Source: Candidatus Heimdallarchaeota archaeon (GTDB taxonomy: Archaea; Asgardarchaeota; Heimdallarchaeia; Heimdallarchaeales; Heimdallarchaeaceae). From it: 32,000 nucleotides of DNA. Below, piece after piece: positions 23,709 to 32,000 of the stretch (position 1 is its first letter; each line of letters opens with the position of its first letter). The position numbers were made by a program, and so were the translations under genes. The notes below the pieces were generated by a model, which made no database searches, was not told where the DNA came from, and saw only the letters and a program-made list of their open reading frames with translations. The DNA lies in assembly GCA_030668875.1 (NCBI GenBank), contig DAOVER010000004.1, positions 73,507 through 105,506 of the forward strand. The letters are read 5' to 3'.

Positions 23709-24347
23709 TTAGAAATGAATTTGAAAAGTTCTTATTATCTTTTCTCGAATGGTTAAATTAGTTCCTTCCCCAGTTGTCTTTCTTTTTCTTATAGCTTCTA
23801 GGAGATCATCTGTTGTTACTAACTCTTCTGTACACGATGTATAGGCCATTCCTATATCCTTTAGTCTATGTGCATCACTTCCTCCCGTTTCAGGAAGGTT
23901 ATTTTCTAAAGCCATTTGTTTTGCTTTCATATTAAAAGATTTTATGGGACACGATCCATTTACTGTTTCCACAGCTATTTCCTTCAAATCGTAGATAACT
24001 TTACCAATGCCCTTACGAGTAAAATCAAAGGGATGAGGTATTGTAGCTAATCCTCCCATTTCAATTATTTTTTCAACAGTTTCTTCAGGACTTAGTCTCT
24101 TTTTAATTGTTTCTTTTATTCCAAGTCCAATTATGTGACCCTTTTTGGTTGAAATCTCAACCCCTGGTATTATTAACAAACCATCAATTTTAAAATTCTC
24201 ATGATGAAATTTTGTACTGTTGTGATCTGTTATTGCTATCCCACTTAAACCATTTTTTTTAGCAATTTTGAGAATGTCTTTAGGATTGCTTTTACAATCA
24301 CTTGAAAACCAACTATGAATGTGTAAATCATATCTTTTTGCTTTCAT
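23709..24347 (-). CDS. PHP domain metal-dependent phosphoesterase
   Basis: DLHIHS, IAITDHN, GVEIST, GHIIG, IPHPF, GGSDAH. Abuts the KH gene with a 0-nt gap. Confidence 0.92.
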   Translation of the reverse strand: MKAKRYDLHIHSWFSSDCKSNPKDILKIAKKNGLSGIAITDHNSTKFHHENFKIDGLLIIPGVEISTKKGHIIGLGIKETIKKRLSPEETVEKIIEMGGLATIPHPFDFTRKGIGKVIYDLKEIAVETVNGSCPIKSFNMKAKQMALENNLPETGGSDAHRLKDIGMAYTSCTEELVTTDDLLEAIRKRKTTGEGTNLTIREKIIRTFQIHF

Positions 24348-25013
24348 TTACGATTCATCTTCTTCTTCTGCTTCTTCTTCAAAGACTATTCGTTCAAGTT
24401 CATCTAAATCATGCACAGATGCTACTCCTTCTTCATCACCATGAGCTAACCACAACTTATCTTGGTCACTTTTAAGATCCCTAATTTTCTCCTCTAAGTA
24501 TTTGTAAACTGTACTATGTTTAGAACCATTTATTAATTTAATAAGACCATCTTTCAGAATTTTCAACTTACTGAACTCTGATATTATTCCTATTGTATTA
24601 CCAAAAACTGATACATGAGCACCTGTTATTTGCTCTATGATGTTCCTCGTTCTTCCATTTTTTCCAATAACTCTTGATCGTACCTCTCTTAATGAGTTTG
24701 GAGAAGTTCCAACAAAGTCTCGGATTTGTATTAAATCAAATCCCCAATTGGAATCTTTGATCCGATAAACTTTCTGAGGACTGAACCCTCTTCCAATCGC
24801 TTTAACCATATCTCTTGAGCGCCACATATTGACAGGATCTTCAGAATCTTCCTCTATTGTAATGATGACGTCTCCAGTCTTGCTGTCTATCATCAACTTA
24901 CTTTCGGTTAATTCTTCTATCCGCTTCTTTGTGCTTCCTTTCGGACCTATCAGTACTGCAATCCTTTCCAATGGGATTCGTACTAGAAATTCGCTTGACA
25001 TAGTTAACACCAA
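24348..25013 (-). CDS. KH-domain pre-rRNA processing protein (Dim2/Pno1 family)
   Basis: RIPLERIAVLIGPKG, AIGRGFSP, RVIGKNGRTRNIIE, GSKHSTVYKYLE. Conserved position after rio1. Confidence 0.92.
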   Translation of the reverse strand: MVLTMSSEFLVRIPLERIAVLIGPKGSTKKRIEELTESKLMIDSKTGDVIITIEEDSEDPVNMWRSRDMVKAIGRGFSPQKVYRIKDSNWGFDLIQIRDFVGTSPNSLREVRSRVIGKNGRTRNIIEQITGAHVSVFGNTIGIISEFSKLKILKDGLIKLINGSKHSTVYKYLEEKIRDLKSDQDKLWLAHGDEEGVASVHDLDELERIVFEEEAEEEDES

Positions 25014-25877
25014 TTATATTTCCAATGTTTGTATTTTAGGGCTAGGGGGAGAATCTGTTATTTGTTCATAAAGTTCTTCATTTGGGAGTATTTCAACACC
25101 GAGAGAGCTGAAATAACGGTTAACATTTTTTATGTCTCTAAATAGAAAAGCCGCGGCATAAGGATGATCAAGCAAAACTGCTTGTGAAACATCAATAAAA
25201 ACTGGATCTTGCTTTAACATTAATATATTATACTCACTCAAATCAGCGTGAATCAATTTCGCATCTTCATACAGTTTTGTCATATAATCCAAAATCTTCG
25301 CATATAATTTGTGTGGTTTCTTAACTTTGCTATCTTTGAGAAGAGGAGCTGCTTTCTCACCCTTTCCTATAAACTCCATAACTAGAATATTTTTTTGAAC
25401 TGCTATAGGTATTGGAGATTTTACTGATGCTTTATTCATTCGTTTAAGGTTTTTGAATTCTTTTTTAGCCCATGTATAAATGAAAGAATAGGTTCCCTTT
25501 TTGTAGCTTTTGAAGCGAGGATCTCCTTGTACATATATCCAATTTTTCTTAAATTCTGCTGAAGCTGTTCGATATATTTTAATTGCAAGTTCCTCTTTTT
25601 TCATACCATAACCATGATATACATTAGCTTCTTTTCCAGTAGAAACACAAAAACCAATGTCCCCTAAGATTCCCGAATTCATCATTTTTACCAAAAGCAT
25701 GCTTGTTTGAAAATCAAATACACTTTCAATTGATTTTAGAGTATCTGAATCCTTTTCCCGTATGCGACTCTTGTCTATTTTTTGGTCAATGGAAGCTATC
25801 TCTTTATCAGACATATTATCACTATTTCCTATTCTTGTATTGAGAGTGTGTATAGGGCTCTTAGGCATGGTCATCAA
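25014..25877 (-). CDS. rio1: RIO1 family serine/threonine kinase
   Basis: STGKEANVYH, IKIYR, WAKKEFKNL, LVMEFIG, IHADLSEYNIL, IDVSQAV. Confidence 0.95.
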   Translation of the reverse strand: MMTMPKSPIHTLNTRIGNSDNMSDKEIASIDQKIDKSRIREKDSDTLKSIESVFDFQTSMLLVKMMNSGILGDIGFCVSTGKEANVYHGYGMKKEELAIKIYRTASAEFKKNWIYVQGDPRFKSYKKGTYSFIYTWAKKEFKNLKRMNKASVKSPIPIAVQKNILVMEFIGKGEKAAPLLKDSKVKKPHKLYAKILDYMTKLYEDAKLIHADLSEYNILMLKQDPVFIDVSQAVLLDHPYAAAFLFRDIKNVNRYFSSLGVEILPNEELYEQITDSPPSPKIQTLEI

Positions 25878-26004
25878 TGGAGGAGATGAAATGGAACCTT
25901 TGTTTCAATTGTAATACAACACTTACAATAAATAAAACTATTGTTCAATCAAAGACTAACAAAATGATAAATTAACTTAACTAAGAAGAAGGGAAAAAGA
26001 GTAT

Positions 26005-26376
26005 TTAAATAACAAACTCTTCTGGAATATGTTTGTTGTTTATTAGCCATCTTACTTCGTTTTTTCTAAAGCGATGTACTAATTCACCTTTTTCATCAGG
26101 TTTCATCCCATATAAGGGCATTATAATAACCACATCTCCAACTCTACACCACATTCTCTTCCTGTATTTGCCTGGAATACGGATTTGCCTTGTAAAACCA
26201 TCTAAACATTTCACAAGCAAAATACTTGCACCAAGAATTTGGAGAACAATTCCGAAAAACTCTCCTTCTTTAGGTAATTGTGCTCTAATAGCATCAGAAT
26301 CGGCTGTTACCCAACCTGAATATGTTCTTTTATATGGCTTTTTTTTGCTCTTTGTCGGTTTTTTTCTTTTACTCAA
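26005..26376 (-). CDS. eif1a: Translation initiation factor aIF-1A
   Basis: OB fold LPKEGEFFGIVLQILG...CLDGFTRQIRIPGKYRKRMWCRVGDVV. Canonical position upstream of rio1. Confidence 0.9.
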   Translation of the reverse strand: MSKRKKPTKSKKKPYKRTYSGWVTADSDAIRAQLPKEGEFFGIVLQILGASILLVKCLDGFTRQIRIPGKYRKRMWCRVGDVVIIMPLYGMKPDEKGELVHRFRKNEVRWLINNKHIPEEFVI

Positions 26377-26505
26377 ATATAATCCTCATTCCTAAAAAGA
26401 GAAAGGGATTAAAATATTTTGTTGTTAAGCTGAAAAACATTGAGAAAAGAAGTTTCAAACGAAACAAACAAAAAGGTAAGAGGTAAAAACTCTTGAGGCA
26501 ATAAG

Positions 26506-26916
26506 ATGGAATATGATGAGTTATTCGAAAGAGCAAGAAAAAAACTACCAGAAAAAGTGTTCGAACAATCAAGATTCGAGATTCCAGAAATTCGTTCAGT
26601 AATTGAAGGAAATAAGACCTTTATAGTTAATATACGAGAAGTCTTAGAACGAATTAACAGAGAAGAAAATCACTTTCTCAAGTTTATGGCTGGAGAACTA
26701 GCTGCTTCAGTAACAATGGAAGGTGCTCGTGCAGTATTTGCTGGAAAACACGCTAAAGTAACACTCCAAACTCTCCTTGAGCGATATGTCAAAGAGTACG
26801 TTATTTGCGAAGAATGTGGAAAACCTGACACTCAGTTTATAACGGAAACAAGAATTCTAAGAAAACGTTGCGATGCCTGCGGAGCAACAACGTCTGTTAA
26901 ACCTTTACGAAAATAA
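26506..26916 (+). CDS. eif2b: Translation initiation factor aIF-2 beta subunit
   Basis: YDELFERA, RFEIP, GNKTFIVN, FLKFMAGEL, YVKEYVICEECGKPDT...CDACGA. Confidence 0.96.
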   Translation: MEYDELFERARKKLPEKVFEQSRFEIPEIRSVIEGNKTFIVNIREVLERINREENHFLKFMAGELAASVTMEGARAVFAGKHAKVTLQTLLERYVKEYVICEECGKPDTQFITETRILRKRCDACGATTSVKPLRK

Positions 26917-26929
26917 ATCAAAAATGTGA

Positions 26930-27256
26930 GTGATCTTTATGTCTTCTTCCTTTTTTATCAAAGTAATAGAACGACCAGGAGAAAGGTTAATAGCTGCATG
27001 TGATGAGGAAATTATGGATATGGAACTCTTAAGCCATGGAGTTAAGATTAAGGTTAGTAGAATCTTCTATGGTGTAGAACTAGTTTCCGAAGATGAATTA
27101 CTACATGAAGTTAAAAAAAGCACATCTGTCAATGTAATAGGAACAAGAGCAGTAGATCTTCTTTTAAAAAACCGTTTTATTCACGAAGAAGCAATTTTAT
27201 GGTTTGATCACCCTGGCAAAAAGACAAAAATTGGCCATGCGATGATGATAAGATAA
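26930..27256 (+). CDS. DUF424 family protein
   Basis: LIAACDEEIM, VSRIFYG, SVNVIGTRAV. Usual archaeal neighbour of aIF-2beta and NMD3. Confidence 0.85.
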   Translation: MIFMSSSFFIKVIERPGERLIAACDEEIMDMELLSHGVKIKVSRIFYGVELVSEDELLHEVKKSTSVNVIGTRAVDLLLKNRFIHEEAILWFDHPGKKTKIGHAMMIR

Positions 27257-27303
27257 ACAAGAAAAGGCTTATTTGGGTTAAAGAGAAGGATTTATTGTAA
27301 AGG

Positions 27304-28410
27304 GTGAGTATGATTTCTGAAAGAGGAAGATTTTGCGCTATATGTGGAGCCATGGATGAAGTACTTCTTGATAACTTATGCGAAACATGTTACAAGAAAG
27401 AACACCCTCTTAAGATTGAACTACTAAAAAGCTTGAATATTGAAATATGCACTGATTGTGGTGAACTCAGGGTTCTAAGCACCCGTATAGATCCAAAGGC
27501 ACAAGAAGAGAGTCTGGAAGAACTAATAAGGGAAGTTGTCAGAAGTGCTATTTTATCTAAATTTCGCTCTGAAGACCCATATGATATTGAATTTGAAGAT
27601 GATATTAGAAATGACAAAATCATGAACTATGGTGTCAAAGAATTCAAACTTAGAACAAAAATCACTTCACAACCATATAAAGAATTCTCTCCTTTTGAGA
27701 AAGATTTTGTCACTAGGTTGAAAATGAAGAGAACTATCTGTAATGATTGTTCACATTACAAATCTGGTTATTTTGAAGCAATTTTGCAAGTACGAGCAGA
27801 TAAGAGAAAACTTACAGATGATGAGTTAGATCGGTTTGAAAATTCAATTAATACTATGATGAAGCAATACGGAGATGCAAAATTATCTTACATATTAGAT
27901 ATGGAAATTGAACCTGATGGTATTACTGCTCAAGTGAGTACAAAATTACTAGCTTCTAATTTAGCTAGAGAAATAAAAGCACAGACTGCAGGAAAACTCT
28001 CTCTTGCTTATGAACTCAAAACAACAAAAAGAGATGGAACAGAAGTTTATCAAAACACCTACCTTGTTCGATTACCAGAATTTGGTAAAGATGATATTAT
28101 TGAATATAAGAAAGATATTTGGAAAATAAAAGCGATCAACGACGATCAGATCCGATTAGAATCTCTGACAGATCACAAAGAAAGAAAAATTGTAAGAAAA
28201 AGAGTGGAAAATAGCGCTAAAAAACTGAATGATCTTCTATTTCCTCGTGAGTATATGTTCGTTTCTGCAGAAGGTCAAACTGTTGTAATAATGGCTATGG
28301 ACAACTATGAGAATTTTGATGATAATCTAGAAAGATTACCTCCAAAAAAAGAGGTAGGTTCAACCATTAAGGGTTTCTTATTAGATGATAAGAACTATTA
28401 CGTTGAGTGA
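27304..28410 (+). CDS. nmd3: NMD3 family large-subunit maturation protein
   Basis: FCAICG...LCETC, ICTDCG, ICNDC...GYFEAILQVR, TYLVRLP, and a C-terminal eIF5A-like region. Confidence 0.92.
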   Translation: MSMISERGRFCAICGAMDEVLLDNLCETCYKKEHPLKIELLKSLNIEICTDCGELRVLSTRIDPKAQEESLEELIREVVRSAILSKFRSEDPYDIEFEDDIRNDKIMNYGVKEFKLRTKITSQPYKEFSPFEKDFVTRLKMKRTICNDCSHYKSGYFEAILQVRADKRKLTDDELDRFENSINTMMKQYGDAKLSYILDMEIEPDGITAQVSTKLLASNLAREIKAQTAGKLSLAYELKTTKRDGTEVYQNTYLVRLPEFGKDDIIEYKKDIWKIKAINDDQIRLESLTDHKERKIVRKRVENSAKKLNDLLFPREYMFVSAEGQTVVIMAMDNYENFDDNLERLPPKKEVGSTIKGFLLDDKNYYVE

Positions 28411-28480
28411 ATTATCAGCTCTTGTTTCTGTTGTGTAGATAAGTTTTTTATTTGTACTTATACTGCTTTCTTCGATTATT

Positions 28481-30268
28481 ATGTCAAAGAACGAAATTGC
28501 TTGGGATTTATCCGAGATGTTTCAAGGTCCCGATGATCCAAAAATCAATGAAGTTTTGAACAAGCTTGATAAGCAGGTTGAAGAGTTCATCAGAGACTAT
28601 AAAGGTAAATTGAATTTTCCTGAATTCTCAGTTGATGATCTATTAGTTCTACTCAAAAAACAAGAAAGTTTTACTGCTGATTTCTTTGAATTCAATTCTT
28701 TTGCTCGATTATCCTTCTCAGCAAACATGACAATACCTGAGATAAAGACACTATTTAACAAAGCACAAGAATTCTCTGCAAAAATAGGTGCTAAATTAGC
28801 CTTCCTTGAAATTGAGACTGGAAAATATGTTTATGAGAATGAGCAAGTCATTTCAGATCCAAAACTGGAGAACTATAAACACTCTCTAGAAAAAATAAAG
28901 CGATCTTACCCTCATAGGCTGTCAGAAATAGAAGAACAATTAATTATTGAAAAAGATCAATACGGTATTATTGGATGGCAACAACTTCAATCTAAATGGT
29001 TGAATACAAGATTGTTTGATGTTGAAGTTGAAGGAGAAACAAAAAAAATGTCTTATGGGGAAGCAAACGGATTACTGGCACATCCCGATAAAGATACAAG
29101 AAGATCAGCTAACAAAGCCATATACGGTGTTCTTGGAAAGGATGAGGAAATATTCTCTTCAGCAATGCACAATATTTGTAGTGATTGGGCTAAAACCTCA
29201 AAAAGAAGAAAACATGATTCCCCCATGCATCAGAGTCTTATAGCAAATGATGTTGACCAAGAAATAATAGATAATTTGATGAAAGCAATAGATGAACATT
29301 CCGTAATATATAGAAGATATTTAACTCTAAAAGCAAAAATGCTGAACTTGCCTAAATTAAGTTGTGAAGACATTGTTGCACCTCTACCTGATGTACCAAA
29401 TACGGAGTATACATGGGAAAGAACACAAGAATTGATCTTAGAAGCATATGGTAATTTTGATGAAGATTTTTATTCAACAGCGAAAGATATGTTTGAAAGA
29501 AACCATATAGATGCAAGTCCAAGAATGGGAAAGAGAAACGGAGCTTTTTGTGCAAGTTGGTATAAGGGAAAAACATCTTACATTCTTCAAACTTTTACTG
29601 GAGCACTCGGTAATGTTTACACGTTAGCTCACGAGCTTGGTCATGCAGTACATGGATATATGGTTTCAAGAGAGCAATCAATAATAAATGCAAGATATCC
29701 AATGGTGATAGCTGAAGTAGCTTCAATATTTGGAGAACTTCTATTAACAGATCTTCTATTAAGTGAAGCAGAAACAAAAGAAGAAAAGAAGGCAATACTG
29801 AGTAGAGTTTTGGATGGTGCAGGTATGGCAACTTTTCAAGTTAGTGCACGAGTATGGTTCGAGCAAAACATGTACAAGACCATAGAAGAAGGTGGTTTTC
29901 TAGATGGAAAAACAATCTCAAAACTTTGGACAGAAGCAAGAGACAAAATCTATGGAGATACTGTTGAATGGTTTGAGGAGATGAATTGGGAGTGGGCTAT
30001 GAAGCCCCACTATTACATGCCAAATTTCAGATTCTACAACTATCCATATGTTTTTGCACAGATGTTTGTTTATACTTTATATCAGCTGTATAAAGAACAA
30101 GGTGAAACATTCATACCTAAATTGAAGTTAATTCTAAAATCTGGTGGGAGTAAGTCTCCAAAAGAATTCGGTGACTTGATGGGTTTGGATATCACAAAAC
30201 CTGATTTCTGGAAATTGGGAATGAAACAATACGAAAGATTTGTGGATGAATTAGAAAAATTATTGTAA
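28481..30268 (+). CDS. pepF: M3B family oligoendopeptidase F
   Basis: WDLSEMF, HIDASPRMGKRNGAFC, zincin TLAHELGHAVH, AEVASIFGE, PHYY...FYNYPY. Confidence 0.93.
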   Translation: MSKNEIAWDLSEMFQGPDDPKINEVLNKLDKQVEEFIRDYKGKLNFPEFSVDDLLVLLKKQESFTADFFEFNSFARLSFSANMTIPEIKTLFNKAQEFSAKIGAKLAFLEIETGKYVYENEQVISDPKLENYKHSLEKIKRSYPHRLSEIEEQLIIEKDQYGIIGWQQLQSKWLNTRLFDVEVEGETKKMSYGEANGLLAHPDKDTRRSANKAIYGVLGKDEEIFSSAMHNICSDWAKTSKRRKHDSPMHQSLIANDVDQEIIDNLMKAIDEHSVIYRRYLTLKAKMLNLPKLSCEDIVAPLPDVPNTEYTWERTQELILEAYGNFDEDFYSTAKDMFERNHIDASPRMGKRNGAFCASWYKGKTSYILQTFTGALGNVYTLAHELGHAVHGYMVSREQSIINARYPMVIAEVASIFGELLLTDLLLSEAETKEEKKAILSRVLDGAGMATFQVSARVWFEQNMYKTIEEGGFLDGKTISKLWTEARDKIYGDTVEWFEEMNWEWAMKPHYYMPNFRFYNYPYVFAQMFVYTLYQLYKEQGETFIPKLKLILKSGGSKSPKEFGDLMGLDITKPDFWKLGMKQYERFVDELEKLL

Positions 30269-30364
30269 TGATTCTTCCATTTTCTTCTCTCTTTTCTCAC
30301 AATTAGCTAAAATTTAAGAATAAAATATCAATTGTATTTAACATAAATAAAAGAGGAAGGAATA

Positions 30365-30994
30365 ATGGTGATAAAAAAATTATATTTACTGAAGAAGAAA
30401 GATGTTGAAAAAGCCACGGTAACTCTAACAAGAGCTTTTCATGAAGATCCATTAGTCCAGTTGATTTTTCCAAACCCTGAAGAAAGAAAGAGATATTCCC
30501 AAGTTTTTTGGAAATTCATGATAAAAGATGGGGTAAAATATGGAGAGGTTTACTCTCCCACAAGTAAAATTGAAGGAGTCGCAAAGTGGTTACCTCCAAG
30601 AAAGGAACACATGGGAATATGGAGAACAATTAGAAGCGGGGGAATAAAAATAGGTATAGATTTAACAAAACAGAAGGATGAAAGAAAGTATTCACCCAGA
30701 AAAATTGAGAAAATTACTAACAATATTGTTCGGATCCATAAAGAATTGATGAAGGAACCTCATTGGTATTTAGCATGCATAGGAGTAGACCCAGACCATC
30801 AAGGAAAAGGGTATGGAAGCAAGTTAATCAAACCTATGCTTGAAAGAATAGAAAAAACAGGCTATCCGGTGTTTCTAGAAACAAATTTCGAAGGAAATGT
30901 TGGATTGTATGAACATCTAGGTTTTGATCTTATAGATGAAACAAAAATACCTGAAACAGAAATCGTGAACTGGGCCATGATTAGAAAATCTTGA
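30365..30994 (+). CDS. GNAT family N-acetyltransferase
   Basis: RAFHEDP, HWYLACIGVDPDHQGKGYGSKL, FLET...NVGLYEHLGF. Confidence 0.92.
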   Translation: MVIKKLYLLKKKDVEKATVTLTRAFHEDPLVQLIFPNPEERKRYSQVFWKFMIKDGVKYGEVYSPTSKIEGVAKWLPPRKEHMGIWRTIRSGGIKIGIDLTKQKDERKYSPRKIEKITNNIVRIHKELMKEPHWYLACIGVDPDHQGKGYGSKLIKPMLERIEKTGYPVFLETNFEGNVGLYEHLGFDLIDETKIPETEIVNWAMIRKS

Positions 30995-31004
30995 CTGAAT
31001 ACTC

Positions 31005-31110
31005 AGTGAAAAATCAAGAAAACAGAAAAATAGAAAACTGATTTCCTTAAAATTTCCCTGTTTTTCCTCATCCATTTTCACTTTTAACCATAAACTAGTT
31101 TTGCTTGATT
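31005..31110. repeat. Nested inverted repeats in the convergent GNAT/beta-helix intergenic region
   Basis: AGTGAAAA (31005-12)/TTTTCACT (31075-82) with inner AAAACAG/CTGTTTT; alternative pair AATCAAGAAAAC (31012-23)/GTTTTGCTTGATT (31098-110). Confidence 0.4.
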
Positions 31111-31188
31111 ATTTGTAACCAATATTGTAGAACGGGTAAATTTCCCTAATTGAATTATCTTACCTACATTCGAAAACTCTTGTTTCCG

Positions 31189-32000
31189 TTATTTCTTAAG
31201 AGAATAGGATTTGTAATAGCGATATAAGAGAAGTAGAACCGCAGAACCAACAAATACTGATAATGTAATTGCAACAATTATGAGTGTTGTTTTAGAAGGT
31301 GATATATTGCAATCTTGTGATCTGTTTAAAGGATAGTGATCTATAGCTTCTGCTTGACCAGCAATCTCATACGTGCAATTGGTACCGAGATCTGACCAAT
31401 AATTGCCCTCCAGTAGTTCGACATCAAACCACGTATTGTTATTTCCCGAATCATAGGCTTGACTTCCGCCACTTTGATTGTTATCCACAAAAATGTTGTG
31501 ATGAAGAATGCTATTATCACTTGTATAGTCTAAATATACTCCATAAGCTATGTTTTCTTGTAATAAGTTGTAACTAATTAGACAAGAATCTGAATTCCAA
31601 AGGTAGATTCCATAAGTATTGTTGTTACAAGTGTTGTTAATAATCTTTGATTCAGAGGTATATTCCAGAAGAATGCTTAGATAGTTTTTATTGCAAGTAT
31701 TGTTGGTCAGTGTCGACCTAGAAGAATACCATAATCTTATACTCACATAGTCATTAATACAAGTATTATTTTCCAAAGTTGAATTGTCTGATCCCTCTAT
31801 ATAGATACTATGATCACTGTTGCTATAAATACCATTGATAAGCATCGAAGACGAGGAGCCAAATAACCAGATACCGACATAATTACTGTCACACATACTA
31901 TTATTCACAATTGAATCAGGTGAGTACCACAGACTGATTCCTATATAGTTGTCATTAAAGGTGTTATTATCCAAAACTAATCCAGACAAAGAAGAAAGTT
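31189..32000 (-). CDS. NosD/CASH right-handed parallel beta-helix surface protein with C-terminal TM anchor, 5'-partial
   Basis: Repeats of NNT-C-x-N-N-x-x-G-I-x-L, GNYWSD...DHYPL, then a TM helix and basic tail YRYYKSYSLKK. The frame stays open past 31989 to the window edge. Confidence 0.88.
   Translation of the reverse strand, partial: LSSLSGLVLDNNTFNDNYIGISLWYSPDSIVNNSMCDSNYVGIWLFGSSSSMLINGIYSNSDHSIYIEGSDNSTLENNTCINDYVSIRLWYSSRSTLTNNTCNKNYLSILLEYTSESKIINNTCNNNTYGIYLWNSDSCLISYNLLQENIAYGVYLDYTSDNSILHHNIFVDNNQSGGSQAYDSGNNNTWFDVELLEGNYWSDLGTNCTYEIAGQAEAIDHYPLNRSQDCNISPSKTTLIIVAITLSVFVGSAVLLLLYRYYKSYSLKK

Noticed and set aside
25877-25975. About 32-aa + strand ORF with CFNC between rio1 and aIF-1A
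   Set aside because: Antisense to the operon, a single CxxC only, poor SD spacing; likely chance.
1-32000. Mobile elements, rRNA genes, CRISPR arrays
   Set aside because: No transposase, integrase, terminal inverted repeats, rRNA-like long GC-rich tract or periodic repeat-spacer array found.

Overview
AT-rich archaeal chromosomal window, gene-dense, with no CRISPR array, integrase or transposase seen. The archaeal assignment rests on aIF-2beta, aIF-1A, Rio1, Dim2/Pno1-type KH, NMD3 and DUF424. An Asgard/Heimdallarchaeia-like host is my inference only. Left to right: (1) mutS (5'-truncated by the window), mutL, ThiF/MoeB E1-like enzyme and a Yip1-domain protein. (2) A ~15.5 kb surface-modification locus (5367-20926). 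It holds a WbpB-like oxidoreductase, DUF362, a WbpD-like N-acetyltransferase, a small RHH regulator and an exosortase/archaeosortase-family transpeptidase. It also holds two divergent operons that join polyamine-type enzymes to three GT4s, a GT2, an ArnD-like deacylase and a GT-C-like membrane protein. The polyamine-type enzymes are a fold-III PLP decarboxylase with a non-LysA C-L motif and a BpsA-family aminopropyltransferase with GDSD instead of GDDD. (3) A GC-enriched, multi-stem ~90-nt element upstream of metG. (4) metG and a 52-aa CdrS-like RHH gene missed by the ORF track. (5) A head-to-head translation/ribosome-maturation cluster: aIF-1A, rio1, KH and PHP versus aIF-2beta, DUF424 and nmd3. 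(6) pepF, a GNAT and a truncated sequon-rich beta-helix surface protein. The best candidate for an undescribed system is the polyamine-glycosyltransferase-deacylase-sortase locus, possibly building an aminopropylated glycan or glycolipid protein anchor. The second is the structured metG leader. All family calls come from motif recognition by eye; no database searches or folding programs were run.
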